This document shows positions 48,665 to 64,000 of a stretch of DNA of 64,000 bases, in pieces. The stretch lies in the NCBI RefSeq assembly GCF_009914755.1, contig NC_060943.1, one strand, 5' to 3'. Source of the stretch: the human T2T-CHM13v2.0 reference genome, Homo sapiens. Below the pieces are notes generated by a model that saw nothing but the letters and a program-made list of their open reading frames with translations, searched no databases and had not been told where the DNA came from. The position numbers and the translations under genes are program-made. Positions within the stretch are counted from its first letter, which is position 1. Each line of letters opens with the position of its first letter.

Positions 48665-49425
48665 AGTGTCCAGATGTTTAGTCAAACTTTGTTCTGGTTG
48701 TTTCTATGAAGGTGTTTTGTGTGAGATTAACATTTAAATCAGTGGACTTTGAGCAAAGCAGATTGCTCTCCATAATGTGAGTGGGCCTCATCCAATCAGT
48801 AGAAGGCCTAAATAGAACAAAAATACTGACCTCCCCCAAGCAAGAAGGAATTCTGCAGCAGATGCCTTGACTTGAATTGCAGTGTTAGCTCCCTCTAGGG
48901 CAGGGGTGTCCAATCTTTTGGTTTCCCTGGGACACATTGAAAGAACAATTGTCTTGGGCCACATATAAAATACACGGATGCTAATGACAACTGATGAGAC
49001 AAAAATAAATATCACAAAAAAACTCATAATGTTTTAAGAAAGTTTATGAATTTGTGTTGGGCCTCATTCGAAGCCATCCTGGGTCACATGCCCCATGGGC
49101 TGTGGATTGGACAAGCTTGCTCTAGGGTCACTGTCCTGATGATCTTTGGATCTGAACTACAGCACTAACTCTTCTCTGGGTCTCCATGCTACTGGCCCAC
49201 CCTGCAATTTTTGGACTTGTCAGCCTCTGTAATCATGTGAGCTAATTCCTTAAAATAAATTTCTCTCTCTCTCTCTCTCTCTTTCTATATATATATATAT
49301 ACACACACACACACATATACAAATATATACATATACATACACACACATGTACACACACACATATATATACACATACACACACACACGCATCCTATTGATT
49401 CTGTTTCTCTGGAGAACCTGAGTAG
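48665..49425 (+). mobile_element. MLT2D-like LTR containing MER30 and a (TC)(TA)(CA) microsatellite
   Basis: gagattaacatttaaatcagtggactttgagcaaagcagattgc; ctgtttctctggagaacctga. Confidence 0.85.
48901..49119 (+). mobile_element. MER30 hAT-Charlie MITE
   Basis: TIRs caggggtgtccaatc / gattggacaagcttg; 8-bp TSD ctctaggg. Confidence 0.95.
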
Positions 49426-49449
49426 TAGAGTAAGGGAACAATGAATTGA

Positions 49450-51545
<2,096 letters not shown>

Positions 51546-51883
51546 TTGGACTAAAGGCTGTTTTTTCCCTCGTGCTTCTTGTACTCCATTAAGCCTCATT
51601 TCTTCTATTTCTGATTCGCTTTTTCCACCCACATAATTGGGACACGTCAAAATTAAGTGAGTTATGCAAAGTACAGTAAACATGATAAAGTATTTTGGGG
51701 ATTAAACTTATGCTTTTACAAAAAGAAATAATTTAGGTAAATAATACAAGGATTATATGTTATCATACTTTATAAGATACTGATGATTTCTTAAAGATAT
51801 TTGAGAACTACACCCTTTACTGCCACAGCCAAATAAGTGGCACTTGTCAAGTAAACTGAGATATTTGAAGCAGACTCTGACTA

Positions 51884-52477
<594 letters not shown>

Positions 52478-53074
52478 CTAGATCATGATGCTACTAAAAG
52501 TATCACTGTTAATTAATAAAACAAAACTAAAATAAAATAAAGTTATAAATGTGTAAGAGGGAAAAGGGTGGAAACATGAAGAAAGAAGCAGGTTGCTTGT
52601 TTTAAATATGAATATGCAGCACCAAATCAGGATTTTTAGTAGTAAAACACTGCAACATGATCACCCCGAAACAAAACACACATGAAAATTAATGTGCCTT
52701 ATCAGATTCTGAAAGTCCTATTTGCTTACCATTTTCCTCATAAGAAAGCTGAGAACTCACTGCTCACTGATGTGACTTTCTGCTCTGCGCACACCTAAGG
52801 CATGAACAAGAGCCAAGAATCTATTCCTTTCGAATAAGAGGAGTCTCGTTCCTATAGAACATGGGTCTTGAAAGGGCTCTTTGAAGCCCTAACCAAAAAG
52901 TACACAAAGATGGAAAGAGTCTAGGCTGGGGAATAGGCAAAAATAAGAAACAAGTAAAATGAAAGTGATGACGGCACAGTTTTGTAATCTCCTCCAATCC
53001 CCTCATAAAACAGGGAGATCAATTAGGATAGCAAAAGATAAAACCCACAGAGAATGCCATCAACCAAATGCATG

Positions 53075-54152
<1,078 letters not shown>

Positions 54153-54174
54153 CACACATATATAAAACTATAAT

Positions 54175-54205
<31 letters not shown>

Positions 54206-54409
54206 CACAGACAGCAGTCAGACCCACAGGGAATGACATCAGGCCAGGGGCAGAGGGAAATGAGGGTCTTAAGTGCTGGGGAGCTAAGACTGCCAACAGG
54301 TGGTCAGCCCCACAGGAGGGGCTCCCACCCAGACGCAGATCTAGGCACAGCAGGCAAAACTGGGCAGGGCTTTGCTGCAAAAAGGCAGTTGACCATCAAG
54401 ATGCTCAGG

Positions 54410-54693
54410 AAGCAGGTGCAGTGGCCCACACCTGTAATCCCAGCACTTTGGGAAGCTGCGGTAGGAGGATTGCTTGAGGCCAGGTGTTCGAGACCAGCCT
54501 GGGCAACATAGTGAAACACCTATCTGCAAAAAAATTTCAAAAAATCAGCTTATTCTGGCCTGTAGTCCCAGCTACTCAGAAGGCTGAGGCAGGAGGATCA
54601 CTTGAGCCCAGGAGTTCGAGGTTTCAGCAAGCTTGACGGCACCACTGCACTCCAGCCTGGGCAACAGAGTGAGACCCTGTCTCAAAAAAAAAA
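54410..54693 (+). mobile_element. AluJ
   Basis: Alu consensus. Confidence 0.92.
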
Positions 54694-55354
54694 GACTCTC
54701 AGAAGCACCCAGTGGCCTCCCTCCCCTTCTGGAGTTGGAGAGCTCACACTGAGGAGAAATCGTTGCAAGGAGACCCCAACTTGATCAGGGCTGGGCACCT
54801 GGGCATAAAAAAAAAAATTTAGATGCTAGTCAGAGAGGGGACCAGAGAAAGCAAATAGCAGAAAGCACTGAAGAGATGACTGCACATATTTTCTAAGACT
54901 TTCTGATAAAATGGGAAATGAGAGAAAGACACTCTGGCCCATCCTCAATATAGAAATTTCCTTCTAAAAATACAACTTCAACAACAGAAAAAGATTATGG
55001 TCAATCCTCACTCAAAAATAGAATAAAGAAAGAAAAATAATCCAAATAACATATATTTAGAGGATAATATTCACCAGAAAAAAATAAAACTACGGGGTAT
55101 ATGAAAACATTAAGCTAATATTTCAAAATGAATTACAGAAAATTAAGAAAATAGGAGAAGCTATGAAAGAAAGGCATAAACACAAACTAGAAAACTCAGA
55201 AATGAGATGGCCAGACAATAGGCAGATGTGAGAACAGTTTACAGAGCTCAGAAACAATTGGCAGAAACAAGAAAAAAAGGAAGAAAATAAAACAGAAATG
55301 AAGAAAAGGATAGAAAGCATTAAAATAAAAATGATAAAAGTAAAAAATAAGAGG

Positions 55355-56128
<774 letters not shown>

Positions 56129-56509
56129 TGATTTGGACACTAGTGCAGTAGAGTCTTACAATGAAACAGAGTATAGGGTTACCAAAGGAAAGAAGGCAGA
56201 AGATGGAATTTGAGGTAATCAGCATGAGAGAAAGACATATCTGCAACTAACCTGAGTACAGCTGAAATCATCCCTTTCCTATGGAGTGCCTTAGTCTATG
56301 TCTTAACTGCAAATTGTAGGAGATGATCATTTCAAGAAGGCAAAGGTTTGTCATCTGTGTTTTTAATCCCAAGATGGTGCCTACCATCAGTGATGACCTG
56401 CTGCGGTATCCTCATTCCAGTAATCACTCCCTCAGCAGTGCGATTGTGATGACCGAAAGGAAGCCTCTGCTATTGTTTCTACCACCAGCTTTATCAAAAC
56501 CAAGACATG

Positions 56510-56671
56510 GACCAGGGGCAGTGGCTCACACCTGTAATCCCAGCTACTCAGGAGGCTGAGGCACAAGAATCGCCTGAATCCAGGGGGTGGAGCTTGCAGT
56601 GAGCCGAGATTGTGCCAGTGCACTCCAGTCTGGGTGACAGAGTCAGACTCTGTCTCAAAAATGAAAAAAAA
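56510..56671 (+). mobile_element. Monomeric Alu (left-arm start fused to right arm)
   Basis: ggctcacacctgtaatcccagctactcaggagg; TSD aag(a/t)catgg. Confidence 0.88.
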
Positions 56672-56796
56672 GTAAGTCATGGTCTTCATAATCTACAGAG
56701 ACTCCTCACTTGCGTATGTTGCAGGGAACACTCCTTGCAGATCAGAAAAACTAGACTGACATAGCTCATTTTTGGAAACTGCCCTTGAGAATGTCA

Positions 56797-57087
<291 letters not shown>

Positions 57088-57578
57088 TCATCGAAGTGAA
57101 TTTTAACTAGGCACGATGATTGTTTTCATGGTTACCCTTGGACTAAATTTTAGGAGCTGGAATGAGTGAGACGTGATTGAACAGAGAGGCCAGGATGGTG
57201 GCATTAAAAGGGGTTCATCTCAGTTCTTCATAAGTAGGAAGTACATATATTTATAATTTTCACTTATCACAGGGTAAATTTAAAATTGATTCATTAAAAG
57301 ATGATCTTTTTCAAGAATTCAAAGGACATAGAATTTTGTAACATGCAATATTTTTTAATTACTTGTCTTTTTTTCTTTCTAATTCTACCCCCCAAGTCTA
57401 TTTTTTTATAAGGTCATTGATACATAAATAGTTTCAGGGAGGATGATATATTATCTACAGACTTTCTATGTAGTGAACCTGCCTACATATAAATGTCAAT
57501 TCATCCAACTACTGTGTTGGAATAATTTCTGTGGATTGAACCTGCTAGGGCAAAGTAAATGCAAAATCTGCATTTTGA

Positions 57579-57937
<359 letters not shown>

Positions 57938-58320
57938 CTAAAACTGTACAAACATCAGATATCAGTATTTGTAATCACTGATAATGTAATATTACAAAGA
58001 AATTTATTTTTCTTCTATTAATGTTAAGCTACATCATCCTGGTGTAGATTTATTAGTCATTTGCGTTATTTCATTTTCCTCTGTTCCTTTTATTTTCACT
58101 TTCCTTGTAATATTAGTCTCTTTGTTACTGATTTCTAAGAGTTCATTCATGTTTAATGATGTTAACATTTTGTCAAACATTGCAAATGAGATACCTTGTT
58201 TTTTCCTGTTTATTTTACCGTGGTGGTTAATTTTTTGGTTGTACAGAAATTATGTATTGAAATATAATCAAGTGCGGTTTTAAAAAGAAAAAAAAGGCAA
58301 GAAAAGGAACAGAAAAAATC

Positions 58321-58612
58321 TTTTTGTTTTTTTGAGACAGGATTTTGCTCTGTTGCTCAAACTGGAGTGCAGTGCAATCAAGGCTCATTGTAGCCTCAAA
58401 CTCCTGGGCTCAAACAATCATCTCATCTCAGCCTCCCAGGTAGCTGGGACCATAGGCACATACCATCAGGCCCAGCTAATTTTTGTGTTTTTCATAGAAA
58501 TGGGATTTCACCATGTTACCCAGTCTGGTCTCGAATTCCTGGGCTCAAGTAATCTGTCCACCGTAGCTTCCCAAATTGCTGGGATTACAGGCGTAAGCCA
58601 CCACTCCTGGCC
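58321..58612 (-). mobile_element. AluJ
   Basis: Antisense Alu consensus. Confidence 0.92.
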
Positions 58613-59751
58613 TGAAAATACTTTAAAAAAAAAACCGTAATTCAAAAATCTCCCCTGAAATTAAAAATAAGAAAAAAAAGACTTGAATCTTCATACTTAC
58701 AGGGCACACCACATTCCTGGGAAAATCAGTTCAGCATGGCCAACTTTGAGACATATTTTAGTAAAATGATGGAACTTTAAAGAAAAAATCCTTTGGACAT
58801 TCGGGCAAAAAGACAAAGTGACTTTTTAAGAAGAAAGAAATCCGCTTGGCATCAAACTTTTCAACAGCAACCCTCAAAGCCAGAAGACACGGGAGTAGCC
58901 TATTTAAGATCCTCAAGGAAAGAAAATGTCCACTGAAGATCTTATCCTGAATAACTCTCATATAAATTCATGGACTAACTCTATGAGCACACAAGACACC
59001 AGATAAGCTCTTCCTTCTTCCTCTTTCCCCATGCCTTCCTGAGAGAATTCAGTCCTAACTCAGCCATCAGGTATGGGAGAGCAAGGTAGTTGCCTGCACA
59101 GGGGGAGGGCAGGAGCAGCGGTGAGGGCCAAAAATGAGGTGGGATAGCTCAAGTAGGGTGAGGAAGACGTTTGCAGAGGAGGGCAGCCTAGCAGAGGCTT
59201 AGCAGGAAGAGAAAGGCATCTACAAAAGGTGGCAACCTGGCATGGGTGCGAGCAAAAAGGAGTGAAAAAAGTGTCCACACCCAGGGCAGCCTGACCCAGG
59301 AAGTCAGAGCTTGAATAGAAATAGAAAGACAGTCTGGTTGGGATGTGAAAACCCACACAAAAGAAGGAGGCATCAGTGTGTGTGAAGGGAAGAGTAGGGC
59401 GTCAGAGGCCAAGTAGGCTGAGAGTGTGCAGCAGACAACCTGGCCCAGGGAGTAGACGCCCAACTGGGGTGAGAAGGGCAGCCACGAAGGGTGCATCCTG
59501 GCACCGAGAGTGATATTCCACGCAGAGTGAGAGGGGCATCTATGCAAGGCATGAAGGTGGCAGTAAAGATGGGAGATTTGTTACATACAGGGAGGTTGTG
59601 CAAGTAAGTAAATACATTAAAGATAATAGGGACTGGGTTTCTCACTGTCAGAGAAAAGGGATACAAACATGGAAAAGGAGAAAACTACAGTGAACTCTGT
59701 GGTATTGAACTGGAATTGGAGGTATCAGTGTGACTCATAGAGAGAAAAAAG

Positions 59752-60418
59752 AGTAGAGTAGATTGGATTGGATTAGATTGAATTGGATTGACTAGATTGA
59801 TAGATGGATAGATGGAGGGGAGATAATGGATGGATGGATGGATCAAGCAATCAATGGAATCAATGAATCAATCAATCGAGTGATGGATGGATAAATGGAT
59901 GGGTGGATGGATAAGAAGAAGGAAGGAAGAAAGGAAAGAAGAAAGGGTAGATGGATGGGTGATAGATGGATGGATGGATGGATGGATGGGTGGTGGATGA
60001 ATGGGTGGATGATGAATGAAAAAATGGATGGATGGATGCATGGATGCATGGGTAAATGGGTAGATGAATAGATGGATGGATGATGAATGAAAGGATGGGT
60101 GGATGGACGGATGATGAAAGGTTGCATGGATGGATGGATGGGTAGATGGATGGATAGATGGGAGATGGAATGATGGATGGATGAATTGATGGATGGATGG
60201 ATGATGGATGGATGAGTGGATGGGTGGGTAGATGGATGGATGGATGGATGATGGATGGATGGATAGAAGGATGGATGGATGGATAGAAGGATGGATGGGT
60301 GGATGGATGGGTAGATGGATGGATGATGGATGAAAGGATGGATGGATGGATGGGTAGGTATATGGATAAATGGATGATGGATGGAAGGATGGATGGATGG
60401 AAGGATGGATAGATGATA
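59752..60418 (+). repeat. Degenerate (GGAT)n microsatellite array
   Basis: Direct reading; a short related tract lies at 61215-61275. Confidence 0.97.
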
Positions 60419-60841
60419 AAAAACGCAAATGTGTAAATGTGTGGTATATGACATACATATATATCCCTTAGCCTGTTTACAGAGTGTGCCTGCGAACAAC
60501 TACCTGACAGTATTGATGAGCACACCTAGAATCCTTAGATCTTAGTTTCTAAGTATCATTTCACATGAGAAGAAATCAGGGCTCCTTGACTGAGTCCAGG
60601 AAAATGATTCAGTCCAGGCCTAGGACAGGTGCAAGATATGCCTAGAATATCTTGTTGTTCAGAAAGTAAGGAAATTCTCAATGAATGATGGGAACATGTC
60701 AAAATGACACAAGAATGAGCTCAAAGAGGATCCCACTGGCCTAAATCTGAGACAGTTCGAATATCAAAATAAATAAATAATAATAATGGAGTATAATTGA
60801 TCCAATAAAATAAAATCCTTAAGTCCGATATAAATACATGA

Positions 60842-61185
<344 letters not shown>

Positions 61186-61741
61186 CCTTTACACTGTTTA
61201 AAGTACCTCCACATGGTTGGATGGATGATGGAAGGATGCACGGATGGATGGATGGGTGGATGGATGGATAGATAGGGGATGCTAATTAAGAGGCAAAGAG
61301 TAACTTTACAGCAGAAAAGTCTGGCAAATGCCACTTTATTAAGTGATCACAGCGAACAGGACAAATTAAAATTGTGTGACAGATACATGGAGAATGCAAC
61401 ATCCACCTTTGCAATATCCCTCCCCAAAATGCACAACCTGAGTCTAATCATAAGATGTCATCAGATGAACCCAACTTGAAGGACATTCTACAAATTAACT
61501 GGTCCCTAATCTTCAAAAGTGTCGAAGTCATCAAAGTGAAGGAATCATCCTGTCCCTTTGGCTCCTCCGGTCTGGAGGAGGAGGAGTCAGTCTGGGGGAG
61601 GAATCTTCCAAACTGGAAGAGCTAAAGGGACATGACCACTAATGTCTCTTAGCAATGCATGATCCTGGCTGAATCCTTTTGCTATAACAGACATTATGAA
61701 AACAATAGGTGAACCTTGAGTTGAGGCTGAGGATTAAATGT

Positions 61742-62143
61742 TGCTATGGACTGAATGCTGATGTGCTCCCAAAATGCATATATTGAAGCCCCAACCCCTA
61801 ATGTAATGGTATTATTAGGAGTTGGAGTCTTGGGAGGTGATTAGGTTTAGATGAGGTCATCAGGATGGGGTCCTTATGATGGGACCAGTACCCTTATAGA
61901 AGAGTATAGAAGACAGCAGGAGTTTTTGTGCCCTCTTCACACCCAACCCTTCCCACCAGAGCCGTGTGAGGATACAGCAAGACAACTATCTGCAAGCCAG
62001 GAAGACAGCCCTCACCAGGAACTGGATCACTTGGCACTTTGATCTTGTACTTTCTGCCTTCAGAACGGTGAGAAATAAATATCTGCTGTTTAAGCCATCC
62101 AGTCAATGGTATTTCATTACGGCAGCCTAATCTGACTAAGACA
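61742..62143 (+). mobile_element. MLT1A/B LTR
   Basis: tgctatggactgaatg...gagaaataaatatctgctgtttaagcca...ctgactaagaca. Confidence 0.9.
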
Positions 62144-62221
62144 CATGTTAGTAATGGATCCCTGTAATCTTCCTAAGTTTTTCTAATAATAATGAGGTTA
62201 TGTTGGTGATTGTTTTCGTAG

Positions 62222-62637
<416 letters not shown>

Positions 62638-62938
62638 GAAAAAATTTCTTTGGGTCCTCCAACTTTTCCACAGATTTTTTATTGAAGATTAAAAAGATAG
62701 ATGTTAAAGTAAACAAAAAAGATTCAGGAACTATTGTTGCCATGAGCCTTTAATGAAGGCATCTACTGGAGAACAAACTTCAGAATACTAAGAAATGATT
62801 AGGCAGGTTCCAGTTTTGGCAAAGGGATAATGGTAAATACTGAGTATATTTAGAACTAGGACAAAATGATGGGGTAAGGGTGCCAGGACAATATATAACG
62901 GTGATGTGTTTGATAGTGTAGACAAAATGCAACCATCA

Positions 62939-63143
<205 letters not shown>

Positions 63144-63477
63144 TTAACTTGTTGATTGTCTTATTGCTGTTAACTGAGAGTAAACTAATTTTATTTTAAG
63201 TTAGATGCTGGATAAAAGGGAAAAAAAAGAGAGAGGAAGAATTACAAGCTATTTAAAACATTGCTCATGATAGGGAAGCCAACACAGTACCAAAATAGGT
63301 AGGGAGGTGGTATTTAGGTTATTATGTAAAGGTATTACTATAAAGATAACCATTAGGAGACAAAACTCCAAGCCTTTCTAAACACCAAAGGGAATATCAA
63401 GAGAGACAAAGACAGAGAAAGAAAGAGAGAGCAAGAGAGAGAAAACCAAAACAAAGACACTACAGAGAAACTAAGTG

Positions 63478-63822
63478 CAGATGTTGCTCCTCTTAGGATG
63501 GGGTTACATCCTGATAAGCCCATTCATTGTAAGTTGAAACTGTCGTAAGCCAGAAATGCATTTAACGCATCTAACCTACTGAACAACATAACAGCCTAGC
63601 TGACCTTAAACACGGTCAGACACTTCCATTAGCCTACAATTGGGCAAAATCATCTAAAAAGGCTGTTTTATAATAAAGTAAGTGCTGAATATCTCATAGA
63701 AGTTATTGAACATTGTACTGCAGGTGAAAAAATAGATTGGTTGTACAAGTACTCAAAGTATGGCTTCTACTGAACGAAGATCACTTTTGCATCATCGTAA
63801 AGTCAAAAAATTTAAGTTGATC
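63478..63822 (+). mobile_element. Tigger4 (Zombi) DNA transposon derivative
   Basis: gatggggttacatcctgataagccc...tagcctacaattgggcaaaatcatctaa...catcgtaaagtcaaaaaat. Confidence 0.88.
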
Positions 63823-64000
63823 CAATGTACGCCAAGGACCTTCTGAATACAAAGAAAAGGGTCACTGCACTCAGGCCACCACCTGTCTCAAGCGAGACAG
63901 GACAACAAAAATCACTGCTCATGTTCTTCCAAAGCACCACCCCAAGTGTGCCAGACACACCACCAAAGCCAGGTGCCCTGGGAAATAGCCCATGTGACAC

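Noticed and set aside
59843-60525. Three ~200-aa HPSI-repeat ORFs
   Set aside because: Translations of the (ATCC)n microsatellite

Overview
Primate (human-like) genomic DNA, mostly intergenic or intronic and dominated by repeats: about 47 Alu elements or fragments, many old L1 pieces, L2/MIR, ERV/MaLR LTRs (MLT2A, MER41A, LTR8, MER76-like, MER34/39-like, MLT1, MER21, MST), DNA transposons (MER85, MER30, Tigger3, Tigger4) and microsatellites. I recognise no intact known protein-coding gene, and nearly all ORF-track entries are Alu, L1 or simple-repeat artefacts. Well-supported non-TE features are a full-length RPS4X processed pseudogene with a 16-bp TSD, a second 5'-truncated RPS4X copy inverted about 600 bp away, and a tailless 5S rRNA retropseudogene with a 15-bp TSD. 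The best leads are: (1) a frame-consistent three-exon minus-strand coding chain (1262-6494) whose larger intron has U12-type donor and branch signals; (2) the inverted RPS4X pair as a potential dsRNA hairpin; (3) three local templated insertions into repeats, of apparently different ages; (4) a ~70-triplet GAA/GAG tract in an Alu linker; (5) strong CTCF-like motifs. Repeat subfamily names come from recalled consensus sequences and many repeat boundaries are approximate. Nothing here is demonstrably a new biological system; the leads are hypotheses.
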